21,060 nucleotides of DNA from an uncultured bacterium (lineage in GTDB: Bacteria; CSSED10-310; CAZUFC01): NCBI GenBank assembly GCA_964619725.1, contig CAZUFC010000069.1:1-21060 (forward strand), read 5' to 3'. The translations under genes and the position numbers were made by a program. The notes under the pieces were generated by a model. The model was not told the DNA's origin, did no database searches, and saw only the letters and a program-made list of their open reading frames with translations. Below, piece by piece: positions 7,362-16,344 of this stretch (the first letter of the stretch is position 1; every line of letters starts with the position of its first letter).

Positions 7362-8678
7362 ATGAATAATAAACTCAAAATCGGTTTTTTGACTCAACGT
7401 ATGCTGCTGGGTTACGGAGTCGACCTGGTTGTCGATCAACAGGCCCGCGGACTGATGGATAAGGGCTGGAACGTCACCGTTTTTGCTGACGAAATCAGTG
7501 AATTCTATAAAGACACCCCTTATAAAACCATAGGATTGAGAAGAGATTTAGGCGTAAAACCGCTGATGATAGATCCGGGATATTCAGATGCCTGCCTGGC
7601 GGCCCTGAAAAAAGAACCCGTAGATTTCTGGATCATCCAGACGCCGCCTTACTACTCATGGAAAGATAATCTGGCAAAACCCCTCATCCTGGTCGACCAC
7701 GGAACCCCTTTCGGAAAATTCTTTCATAAGAAAAGAGGCCTCCTGCTCGACGTGGAAACGAGATTGAGGTACAACAGAATCTTCAATCATACGACTTCCT
7801 ATCAGAAGTTAGCGGTTATTTCTGAATTTATCCGTTCGCAATTGCCCCTGCCGGCTCAAGCCGAAGCCGACATTCTCTACAATGGAGTCGATCATTATTC
7901 GTATGCGACGCGGAACGAAGCCATCTCTGTTCGGGAAAAACTGGGAATAAAACAAGACGATTGCATGATGCTGTGCGTCAGCCGTATAGCTTTTGAAAAC
8001 GACGATCAACCTTACAAAGGCGTCCACGAACTCATTAAAATATTTTTAAAATTAAAAAGACGCAATCAGAGATTAAAATTCGTACTGGCCGGCAGAGGTC
8101 AGAAAAAAGATGAAAAACGATTGACTAAATTGGGCATCATTCCCTATTTTAACGTTCCCAGGCATGAGATGCCCGGTCTTTATCACGCTGCTGACATGTT
8201 CGTCAGTCCTTCCCGGTGGGAAGGCTTCAATCTGCCTGCGGCTGAAGCCCAATTCCAGAGCACCCCCTGCCTGGCCCTCGACATCGGAGCGCACAAAGAG
8301 ATCATCAAAGATGGATGCAGCGGCTTAATCGTGAAGAACTATCGACAGTTGAGCGAAGCCATTGAAACGCTGGCCGCAGACCCGGAAAGACTGACCATGA
8401 TGGGCGAACGGGCTAAAGTATGGATTATTCGTTTCGGCTGGTACAAGAACATCAATCGTCTGGAAGAAATGATCACAGAAACTCATCGTAATTATTCGAC
8501 AAATCCCGACCATAGACCTCTTTTCATAAGAAAACCCTGCAAACAAAGAAAATGCGCTTCGGATTATCTGCTCAGCGCCAAATATATCTACCATCATTTC
8601 GGCCTGAGAGAATTGATGTACCGCTCTAAGGTTGCCATGAAAAACAGACTGAAAAATAACGACGAAGAAAAGAATTGA
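7362..8678 (+). CDS. Glycosyltransferase family 4 protein
   Basis: LKIGFL...GYGVD, YNGVD, VSRI...YKGV, and ADMFVSPSRWEGFNLPAAEAQ (EX7E motif). Starts 29 bp after the preceding GT gene, so likely co-transcribed. Confidence 0.92.
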   Translation: MNNKLKIGFLTQRMLLGYGVDLVVDQQARGLMDKGWNVTVFADEISEFYKDTPYKTIGLRRDLGVKPLMIDPGYSDACLAALKKEPVDFWIIQTPPYYSWKDNLAKPLILVDHGTPFGKFFHKKRGLLLDVETRLRYNRIFNHTTSYQKLAVISEFIRSQLPLPAQAEADILYNGVDHYSYATRNEAISVREKLGIKQDDCMMLCVSRIAFENDDQPYKGVHELIKIFLKLKRRNQRLKFVLAGRGQKKDEKRLTKLGIIPYFNVPRHEMPGLYHAADMFVSPSRWEGFNLPAAEAQFQSTPCLALDIGAHKEIIKDGCSGLIVKNYRQLSEAIETLAADPERLTMMGERAKVWIIRFGWYKNINRLEEMITETHRNYSTNPDHRPLFIRKPCKQRKCASDYLLSAKYIYHHFGLRELMYRSKVAMKNRLKNNDEEKN

Positions 8679-8964
8679 TCCGCTGCAGTTTATTCATATT
8701 CCAGGCACAAAAATTTTTCCCGAAACCAGATGATCTGGCGTTTTGCAAAAGACTCTGACCCCGGTCGGCAGCTCAATTAATCCGTACAGCAATATTTCTT
8801 GCATCAATCCGTGCTTTTCACGGTACCTGAATGATCGAATTGTGAATTATTATCCGCATTGGTTCCGTTGCGGTTCCGGTTCTTTCGGAAATGTCCGGGA
8901 AGCATGTATTCAACGAGGTTTGTCGATCCGTATCCGCGTGACTGGATTTTTAACCCGCATCGGA

Positions 8965-8987
8965 AAGCGGCAGGATGCCGCTTCTAC
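8965..8987 (-). repeat. GTAG-type REP-like palindrome
   Basis: Minus strand GTAG-AAGCGGCA-TCC-TGCCGCTT: a GTAG foot followed by a perfect 8-bp stem, lying between convergent genes. Confidence 0.7.
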
Positions 8988-9215
8988 TTTCCCTTCCTTC
9001 TTTGGAGATGATTTTTTTGTCACGGCTATCGAATATCGCTAGAAATATATGCATCGGGGAATGGTTTCGCAGACATCCTTGTTGCAGAAAAGCTGAAAGA
9101 TGTCAGATTTACGGCAATGTAACCCCTCTTGTTCGTTCGATTCGTGGTTGATTTTTGCGAAGTGTAATGACTCCGGTGCACAATTAAACAGACATTATCC
9201 TCAATGAGCTTAGAT

Positions 9216-10802
9216 TTATTCAGCGCCGGCATGCGACAACTGATTCATGCTCCCGCGCACTTTTTCCCTTTCTTCCTCAAAATCGAATCCTGTCCATATG
9301 CCTATTGAATTGAGAATGGAATCCTGGGGATGATATCCCCTGAAGATTTTGTAATAAAACGCGGCCTCTTTGGAATTTATGACGGCATTCGGATTTTCTT
9401 CTTTGATAAGCCGGTATTCCGCATCGCTCATCGCCTTTTCGGCAAGCATCATGCCTATGCTTTCGCATCCGGCGCCCTGCGTATACTGGACTTTATAACG
9501 CCACAAAATATCATCGGGAAGATAGCCTGTCCCGGCAAAGGCTTTCCTCAGTATCCATTTTTCTATTTTAGCGCCGTTTTCCTCTTTGATTTTCAGTTCC
9601 GCCGGTATTTTCTGAGCCAGCGCTATCATCTCAACATCCAAAAAGGGCACCCTGAGTTCCAGGCTGAACAGCATTCCCATTCTGTCGGCGCGTTGCAGGT
9701 TGATGTTATGAAGACTCTTAATGCATCGTCGACCCTCTTCATTCAATTTATCCATAGGAAAATTTTTCATGTACTGGTAACCGGTAAAAATTTCGTCCGC
9801 TCCTTCGCCGGTCAAAACGACCGTGACGTGTTGCGCTGCAAGCTTACAGGTAAAATAACAAGGCACAGCGCAGCGCACGAGCGAAGGATCGTAAGTTTCC
9901 AGCTTGTTTATCACATGAGGCAACGCTTCCTTATAATCATCTATCGTAAAAATGAGCTCGTGATGAGTCGAACCGATATGACGTGCGGCCAGACGAGAGG
10001 CTTTGACGTCGTCACCGACATCGCCGTTTTCGTCACGCATACCGACCACGAAGGTATGCAGGTTGGGTATCTCCTCCGCTGCTATCGCTGCGACGAGGCT
10101 GCTGTCCAGTCCGCCCGAACAGAATGATCCTACCGGGACTTCAGGATCAGCCAACAACCTTTTCTTCACGGCGCGAATAAATGCTTCCCTGATGACTTCG
10201 CTTGCTTCTTCGACCCCCGTTAACCGGTCGTCCTCAACTTCCGGCACCGTGTAATACTCCACAAAACCTTCCTTCGTCGTGTAATAATGTCCCGCGGGAA
10301 ATTCATGCACTTCATCCACGCCGCATAAACTCATCGCTCCCAGTTCTGAAGAAAAATAGAGCGCTCCGTCCTGATGTCCGTAATATAATGGCTTTATCCC
10401 GATGGGATCGCGGGCCAGCATAAGACTGTCTCCGTCCCGTATCGCAAAAGCAAACATACCATCCAGTTCCTTCACGCATTCCGGGCCCATTTCACGGTAC
10501 AAATTCAAAATTACCTCACTGTCCGAATCTGTCTCAAAATCATAGCGGTCCGATATTCGATTCCGCAATTCCTTAAAATTATATACCTCACCGTTGCAGA
10601 CAAATCCCAGCTTTCCCCCTTCTCTCACCATTGGCTGATGTCCTCCGGATACATCCACGATCGATAATCGCGTATGACCGAACGAACCATTCGAAAATTC
10701 ATAAATTCCCCTGTCATCAGGACCTCTATGCCGTAAAGCGTCCAACATCCTATGGACCTTTTTCGTCTCCTTTTTTCCCATACAACCCGCTATCCCGCAC
10801 AT
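9216..10802 (-). CDS. asnB: Asparagine synthase (glutamine-hydrolysing), AsnB family
   Basis: ATG at 10802 gives the Ntn-amidotransferase start MCGIAG; HRGPD, GHTRLSIVD...GHQP, NGEVYN, ARDPIGIKPLYY, SGGLDSS, VLTGEGADEIFTGY, ELRVPFLD, EKWILRKAF; AAGGAG RBS. Confidence 0.93.
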   Translation of the reverse strand: MCGIAGCMGKKETKKVHRMLDALRHRGPDDRGIYEFSNGSFGHTRLSIVDVSGGHQPMVREGGKLGFVCNGEVYNFKELRNRISDRYDFETDSDSEVILNLYREMGPECVKELDGMFAFAIRDGDSLMLARDPIGIKPLYYGHQDGALYFSSELGAMSLCGVDEVHEFPAGHYYTTKEGFVEYYTVPEVEDDRLTGVEEASEVIREAFIRAVKKRLLADPEVPVGSFCSGGLDSSLVAAIAAEEIPNLHTFVVGMRDENGDVGDDVKASRLAARHIGSTHHELIFTIDDYKEALPHVINKLETYDPSLVRCAVPCYFTCKLAAQHVTVVLTGEGADEIFTGYQYMKNFPMDKLNEEGRRCIKSLHNINLQRADRMGMLFSLELRVPFLDVEMIALAQKIPAELKIKEENGAKIEKWILRKAFAGTGYLPDDILWRYKVQYTQGAGCESIGMMLAEKAMSDAEYRLIKEENPNAVINSKEAAFYYKIFRGYHPQDSILNSIGIWTGFDFEEEREKVRGSMNQLSHAGAE

Positions 10803-10955
10803 CAAATTTCTCCTTTTCCTCTTGCTGCTTCTTTTGTTTAATCCGCTTTTCTCTAAAACAGAATCACGCGGATTTGATCGCTCATCATTTAAACCCGATC
10901 CAAAGCCTTCTCAGTCAACAAGAAACTTGCATCATCATCAGAATCAGGCTGATTT

Positions 10956-10983
10956 AACCTATCACAGTGATGAAACGAGTCAA
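10956..10983 (-). promoter_or_regulatory. Putative asnB promoter with a palindromic operator in the spacer
   Basis: Minus strand TTGACT (10983-10978), 16 bp spacer ending in TG-n, TAGGTT (10961-10956); palindrome ATCAC-A-GTGAT at 10961-10971. Confidence 0.45.
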
Positions 10984-11220
10984 GCCGCCGGCTCCGTACG
11001 GATATTAATAAATGAGGACTGGTCAGTCGGCCGGCAAGAAAAGGGTCAGCGAAACTCCGCGAATTCACGAAAAAAGATAGAGAACCGGAAGGCGATCGCT
11101 TGATATAAAGCGTTTGAGTTTCCAGGCATCTATTTGAAAAGCGGATTTGCCGGAAAATGGCATTGATCGAAAATGGGTCTTTTGAGGTTACATTCCTTCC
11201 GAATATCCCATCATTTTGAT

Positions 11221-11255
11221 CCGATTGCGATACCGATGCCGACCCCGATTATCGA
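11221..11255. repeat. Degenerate hexamer tandem repeat (C/G)CGAnn
   Basis: CCGATT GCGATA CCGATG CCGACC CCGATT ATCGA in intergenic DNA. Confidence 0.6.
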
Positions 11256-11372
11256 AAAAAACTGTCAAATGTTTTGAAAAATAGGTAACCCCGGTTTGAT
11301 CAGTCACGGAAATTTATTTACTGATTGAACGTCGTTTCTATGATTCACTTCTATTCACGATTTTACTCTTGT

Positions 11373-11400
11373 TTCGCGTAGATTCGCGATAATTCGCGGA
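11373..11400. repeat. 10-bp-period TTCGCG repeat with an inverted partner at 11056-11065
   Basis: TTCGCG at 11373, 11383 and 11393; AATTCGCGGA (11391-11400) is the exact reverse complement of TCCGCGAATT (11056-11065). Confidence 0.55.
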
Positions 11401-11548
11401 CGATAAATTCTTCGCTCATAAGCCTTACGGCAGGGCTCCGACCCTTAAGGACACGCTTCTGTTCGTTGCCTTTTTCCCTGGAATTTACTCGAATCGAATT
11501 ACTTGAAAGACAACATGATACTCGGTTTCAAATCATAAATTTTTAATT

Positions 11549-12865
11549 TTATTTTGTCCGCAAGCGGCTGTTTTTCTGTAATGATGCGTCAGGCTGCGGA
11601 TTTGCTCTTTCTTCCGCTTTCTCAGCATTACTGATTATCTTCTTAATAGTTTCTTCGGCAAATCGCTCACAACGAAACACAGCAGCCCGCACGATTTTAC
11701 CGCGACGCTTTTTCACATCCGGATTGTAAAATTCCCACACTTTTTTGCCGCTGCGAGTTATTTCAAAAATCCTGCCTTTATCCGATTCCGTGATCAATAT
11801 ATTGCCGTTAGGCAACTCCTGCGCGGCCCCCCTGGTCTCGGAATAAAATGATTCACGAGGACTCCCGTAATATTCCCAGACTATTTCGTTTCGGGTCGGG
11901 TCTACTTCCAGCGCCCGACTGTATTTTCTTCTTCTCGATCCATTATCGAAGATCATTATGTTTCCGTTTTCCAGCAGTGAGGGATCATGAGGTTTGATCA
12001 AATCCTCTTTCCCCCAGCTCCATCGGACTTTTTCCTTCGACAGATCGACGACGGCAGTTAGGTTTAAATTGCGGCAGCATATAAGAACATCGCCTTTTTT
12101 GCATAATCCCGGAACATCACGGGATATCCATTTCAAGGTATTCGTATGAAAAACGTCAAATACCGAATCCGGCATCAGTTTTTCCATGGTTTTATTAACA
12201 TAAGTCTTTGTGGAAATTTTCTTTAAACTCTCCTCAGCGATTTCATGACCCATTATTTCATGCAAGGAATACTCCGTTTTCAATTCACCTTGAGAATTAA
12301 GAACGATGATGTAATCGTTCAATATGGGGATGTCTTCATCATTGTAAGGGATTCTCAACTTTTGCCTGGACAGAAGATAAACATCGCCGTTTTCCGCTAT
12401 GGATATGAAATGATGGAAGCGGCCCTTGCATTTCCACATTATTTCGGAATTCCAGTTCAACTTGGCTGCTGATTGATCTTTAACCAACACGTACAAATCA
12501 CCTTTTTCATCCAAAGCCGCTGTTTGCCAGCCGCTCATCCGGGCTTCCCACTTATGGATTACTGCTCCCTTCATATCCATCAGCACAGCGCTGCTCCTGG
12601 GACGCGACGTAAACAAATTTATCCCGGACCAGGATTTCACCCTGTCATAAAGAATCACGCCGCTCTTATCCTCGTCTTTCTTATCAGAAGGCGCCCATTC
12701 CAGATAACCCAGCGCTTCCAGCCGCTCCGCTTCAGGAAATGTTTCTGTTTTGATCGCCTCCTGTTTTGACCGTTCCCGTGTTCCTTCGCTTTCTGATGAA
12801 TAAGCATTTTTAAAAAACCCGAAAAGCATAAACGAAATAAAACATGTCATAACTATCTTCTTCAT
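11549..12865 (-). CDS. Arylsulfotransferase (ASST) family protein, exported
   Basis: Signal peptide; propeller repeats LMDMKGAVIHKW, IAENGDVYLL, LLENGNIMIFDNG, AQELPNGNILITES, GRIFEITRSGKKVWEF; candidate catalytic-type motifs FHH, HTN, CRN, PHD. Confidence 0.85.
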   Translation of the reverse strand: MKKIVMTCFISFMLFGFFKNAYSSESEGTRERSKQEAIKTETFPEAERLEALGYLEWAPSDKKDEDKSGVILYDRVKSWSGINLFTSRPRSSAVLMDMKGAVIHKWEARMSGWQTAALDEKGDLYVLVKDQSAAKLNWNSEIMWKCKGRFHHFISIAENGDVYLLSRQKLRIPYNDEDIPILNDYIIVLNSQGELKTEYSLHEIMGHEIAEESLKKISTKTYVNKTMEKLMPDSVFDVFHTNTLKWISRDVPGLCKKGDVLICCRNLNLTAVVDLSKEKVRWSWGKEDLIKPHDPSLLENGNIMIFDNGSRRRKYSRALEVDPTRNEIVWEYYGSPRESFYSETRGAAQELPNGNILITESDKGRIFEITRSGKKVWEFYNPDVKKRRGKIVRAAVFRCERFAEETIKKIISNAEKAEERANPQPDASLQKNSRLRTK

Positions 12866-12962
12866 TATCGCCTTTCGCCTTCCCTTCGCATAGTTATATC
12901 GCTGCCCATCAAGGCAAATACAATCCCCGCAACCCCATGGTATCCTTTTAAGTGTCCCGGGT

Positions 12963-14552
12963 TCATTTCTTGATGTAAGCGTATTTAAGCATCATTTTAT
13001 CCAGTATGTTCTGATGTATTCCCTTCACTTCGGGACCATGCAGGTGCTGAGACACGTAAAAATAAATAGGAATAACCGGCAGTTCCTCTTCTATCAGTAG
13101 TTTTTCTGCCTGGCGAAAAATTTCCATTCTTTTCCGGCTCTCCTTCTCCAGGGCGGCACTTCGAATAAGTTCGTCGTATCTTTGATTCGACCATCCGGTA
13201 TTATTGTTGCCTCCGTCCGTAATGAACATATCCAGAAAAGTGTTAGGGTCCGGATAATCCCCTATCCAGGCGGCCCTGCTTAATTGATAATCGAGCGACC
13301 GCTGCGAATTGAGGTAAACTTTCCATTCCTGGTTTTCAAGCTCGACGTGTATGCCCAGATATTTCCGCCATTGCTCCTGGAGCACTTCAGCGATATCCCG
13401 GTGAGCCTCGAAAGTATTATAAAGATAAACCAGTTCCGGGAAATTTTCTCCGTTGGGATACCCGGCTTCGGCCAACAGTTTTTTGGCCGCTTCCGGATCG
13501 TAATGAATCCCCTCCGGACCTTCATAATCGGGAAGCCCCGGAGGAACAAAAGAATCAGCCGGTATTTGTCCGGCCCTGGTCACCCTTTCGGTTATCTGAT
13601 CTTTTCTGATGGTCATGGCCAGAGCTTTTCTGATCCTTACGTCGTTTAAAGGCGGCTCCGTCACATTGCAACGAATGAAATATACCCCCAGATAGGGAGC
13701 GATATGACAATCCGGCCTTTTAATTAATTTATCCATGATGTTGAGCGGCATGCCGTTCGAATCGGTCCATTGCGCTCGCCCCGTCATGTAAAGATTAAAA
13801 CTGGTATTGGTGTTTTCCACAGTCAGGGCCTCGATTGAATTCAGACGAACATTCTCCTTATCCCAGTATGAATGATTCTTCACCAGCAGAAGCCGGTCCC
13901 TCATTCTCCACTCCTCCAGCGTAAAAGGACCGTTGACGACTATATTTTCGGGCTTGATCCAATTCGACCCGTGCTTCTCCACACATCTCCGGTTCACAGG
14001 CAGTAATGTCTGAAAAGAAGTGATGTACAGAAAAAAAGGCGTAGGATTCTCTAAAACGATTCGTACGGTTTTTGCGTCAGGCGCCTCTATGCCCACTTGT
14101 GAAAAATCCTGCAGCTTGCCCTCGTTATAAAGACGGGCGTTTTTTATATACCACAGCATGTAAGCATACTGCGCTGCGGTCTCCGGCTCCAATACCCGTC
14201 GCCAGGACCACACGAAATCATGGGCCGTCACCGGATCGCCGTTGGACCATTGAGCAGCACGCAAATGAAATGTATAAACCAACCCGTCTTCCGATATTTC
14301 CCAGCTCTTTGCCATACCAGGCATATTCTTCAAATCGGTCGGCCGGCTCGTCGTTAATCCCTCAAACAACCCCCGTTCTATCCGACCCTCCGGCACCCCC
14401 GTGGATATGGCCGGATCGATCGTCTCCGGCTCCGTACCCAGAATAAAAGAAAATTCCGCCTGCTCATACGAACAGGAACTGAACATCACCAAACACAGCA
14501 ACACGATGCAATATTTAAAATATCCGCTTAAAATATTCCCTTTCCTTCTCAT
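12963..14552 (-). CDS. oppA: Oligopeptide ABC transporter substrate-binding lipoprotein (family 5, OppA-like)
   Basis: EPETIDP, LFEGL, PGMAKSWEISEDGLVYTFHLR, WSNGDPVTAHDFVWSWRR, NGPF, RAAWIGDYPDPNTFL; lipobox-like MFSSC. Start uncertain (ATG 14552 or TTG 14567). Confidence 0.9.
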   Translation of the reverse strand: MRRKGNILSGYFKYCIVLLCLVMFSSCSYEQAEFSFILGTEPETIDPAISTGVPEGRIERGLFEGLTTSRPTDLKNMPGMAKSWEISEDGLVYTFHLRAAQWSNGDPVTAHDFVWSWRRVLEPETAAQYAYMLWYIKNARLYNEGKLQDFSQVGIEAPDAKTVRIVLENPTPFFLYITSFQTLLPVNRRCVEKHGSNWIKPENIVVNGPFTLEEWRMRDRLLLVKNHSYWDKENVRLNSIEALTVENTNTSFNLYMTGRAQWTDSNGMPLNIMDKLIKRPDCHIAPYLGVYFIRCNVTEPPLNDVRIRKALAMTIRKDQITERVTRAGQIPADSFVPPGLPDYEGPEGIHYDPEAAKKLLAEAGYPNGENFPELVYLYNTFEAHRDIAEVLQEQWRKYLGIHVELENQEWKVYLNSQRSLDYQLSRAAWIGDYPDPNTFLDMFITDGGNNNTGWSNQRYDELIRSAALEKESRKRMEIFRQAEKLLIEEELPVIPIYFYVSQHLHGPEVKGIHQNILDKMMLKYAYIKK

Positions 14553-14744
14553 GGCGGCTTCAGTCAAAATTATAGTTACCCCAACTGAAACAGGTTAAGA
14601 TTCTCCCATCAAACGCGGCCCCTATCCTCACCGCGCCCGCTTCAACCCTATCACGACAACATAGCGTCATTCAAATTAAACGACTTTTTCTGCAATGGCA
14701 ACCGCTATAGCGGAGAATTGTGCTTTTCGGAAAAACAAATGATG

Positions 14745-15380
14745 TTACATTTCATCCGCCGGTTCTGACTCGGCCTCAACCGGCGTTTCCTCTGCTTTTT
14801 CCTCTTCAGCGCTTCCGGCAAAGTCTTCCAGGATTTTCTTCGTATATTCGATATAGTCAGGACCTTTGCCTGGTATTACGGCGTAAATTTTGCCCTTTTC
14901 GTCTATAAGAAAAAAGAAGGGTTGGAAAGTTACCCGGAAATCTTCTGCAGCTTCCGCATTTTTGTCCAGCAAAACCGGCATCTCATATTCTTTTTCGTTG
15001 ACGAACCTTAATATACTTGTCTCGTCAATATTTCCGACGTGAATCAACAAAAATCTGACGCGATCCTCGTATTGATATTTGAATTCTTTGACCGATTTCA
15101 GCGCCTCCGTCGATTGCGGATATCTCAGGGACCAGAAACAGAGGAACAATTTTTCATTTTGCAGGTTCTTGAGTTTTACCGCATTTTCTTTTCTCAGTGT
15201 CGGAAGCCGGAACTTAGGCGCGACCATGCCTTTCTGAAGGGGATATTGAAAATTAACCGGCCGTTTCAATTCCCACATAATGCGGAAAGCCAGCAAAACC
15301 GCTACGCAAAAAGTCAAAGCGATTAAACCGATTCCTGCGGCTCTTACCCAATTCTGTTCTTCCGTCGAAATCAATTTCAC
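14745..15380 (-). CDS. Membrane-anchored TlpA/ResA-like thioredoxin-fold protein lacking CXXC
   Basis: N-terminal TM helix; G.VAPKFRLPTL, LFLCFWS, MPVLLDKN, and cis-Pro loop FQPFFFLIDEKGKI. The usual WCxxC position reads RYPQS. The GTG start overlaps the upstream stop (GTGA). Confidence 0.82.
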   Translation of the reverse strand: MKLISTEEQNWVRAAGIGLIALTFCVAVLLAFRIMWELKRPVNFQYPLQKGMVAPKFRLPTLRKENAVKLKNLQNEKLFLCFWSLRYPQSTEALKSVKEFKYQYEDRVRFLLIHVGNIDETSILRFVNEKEYEMPVLLDKNAEAAEDFRVTFQPFFFLIDEKGKIYAVIPGKGPDYIEYTKKILEDFAGSAEEEKAEETPVEAESEPADEM

Positions 15381-16135
15381 TGTAACGGTTCTCCTCTCAT
15401 AAGACTATTGCCGATCCCTGCCAGCAATACGGCGAAAATGAGCTTCAGAATCCAGTAGGTGACGGAGTAGAAAATCGTTTTCTTGAGCGGCTTTCCGGTC
15501 AGAACCCTAATGCCTGTTGCGATCAGGAATAAAGACCAGATGAAAACCAGGTCAATCTGTTCGGCAATGACATGAAAAACCGTAAACGTTTCCGTGCGGG
15601 GCAACAATGCTAAAAGATTGAGGGACATGACGGGAATCGTCTCATAAGAAACCGCTGAAGGTATAGTCGTAATTAATGTGAAAAGGGCATGCGGAAACCA
15701 GGCATAACCGATCAGACTCATGAGTTTTTTAAAGTCCGTCTTAGTGGAATCAAGGCGTAAGACGGTCCAGAAGACTACCGTTCGCACCATCCAGTTTCCG
15801 AAAATATAAATGGCCAGCATCATAAGCTGCATCATGAAAGGAGTCATCATAGTATTGAAGTCAGGAGGATAAACGCCGTAAAATTCCCGCATGGGAACAA
15901 TGGACCGGGCTATTCCCGTCAACAGATGACATCCTATGGTAACGGCCATTATGGTTATCGGTATCTGCCAGTCGACTCTTTCCGCAATTTTAAGGAAAAC
16001 TCTTTCCGGATCGATCAAAAGCGAACCCAGTCGGTCTATCCAATCAATCTTCGGCGCCGGAGTTTCCTCCTGCTTCTTCTTTTCCCCGCCGGATTTCCCT
16101 TTTAACTTTTTATCGCCTTTTTGCTTATTGCTCAT
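15377..16135 (-). CDS. Yip1 family membrane protein
   Basis: LLIDPERVFLKI...WQIP start motif, about 5 TM helices, FKKLMSLIGYAWFP, DLVFIWSLFLIATGI; GAGG RBS. Confidence 0.82.
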   Translation of the reverse strand: MSNKQKGDKKLKGKSGGEKKKQEETPAPKIDWIDRLGSLLIDPERVFLKIAERVDWQIPITIMAVTIGCHLLTGIARSIVPMREFYGVYPPDFNTMMTPFMMQLMMLAIYIFGNWMVRTVVFWTVLRLDSTKTDFKKLMSLIGYAWFPHALFTLITTIPSAVSYETIPVMSLNLLALLPRTETFTVFHVIAEQIDLVFIWSLFLIATGIRVLTGKPLKKTIFYSVTYWILKLIFAVLLAGIGNSLMRGEPLQ

Positions 16136-16172
16136 TTCAATAAATTACCTCACGCAAAATTGCAGGAATACG

Positions 16173-16201
16173 ATTATTCACGCAAGCGAATCAAATGTCA
16201 A
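16173..16201 (-). promoter_or_regulatory. Putative sigma70 promoter for the Yip1-TlpA-like pair
   Basis: Minus strand TTGACA (16201-16196), 17 bp spacer, AATAAT (16178-16173). Confidence 0.5.
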
Positions 16202-16253
16202 ATGAACTGCCGGCGCTCGTCAGGCATCCTTGCTGAATGACGCGTTCAGAAAC

Positions 16254-16282
16254 TTGACTTGAAATGCTTTCATATTTATAGT
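16254..16282 (+). promoter_or_regulatory. Putative sigma70 promoter for the beta-propeller gene, with a palindrome in the spacer
   Basis: TTGACT (16254-16259), 17 bp spacer, TATAGT (16277-16282); TGAAA-TGC-TTTCA inverted repeat at 16260-16272. Confidence 0.65.
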
Positions 16283-16344
16283 TTACATTCATAAACCCGA
16301 TGATTTTTCACAAGTAATCGACTTCCCATGAAAGGAAAACTAGT

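Noticed and set aside
8743-9042. 99-aa plus-strand ORF
   Set aside because: TTG start without an RBS, no recognisable family, and it reads through the REP-like palindrome (KRQDAAST).
9330-10127. 265-aa plus-strand ORF
   Set aside because: Lies wholly antisense to the well-supported asnB gene.
10631-11103. Short plus-strand ORFs (108 aa and 93 aa) around the asnB start
   Set aside because: They overlap asnB or its promoter region on the opposite strand, have no RBS, and have atypical composition.
15110-15135. Selenocysteine at the TlpA-like active site
   Set aside because: In-frame codons are TGG TCC CTG AGA TAT CCG CAA TCG; the TGA seen here is out of frame.
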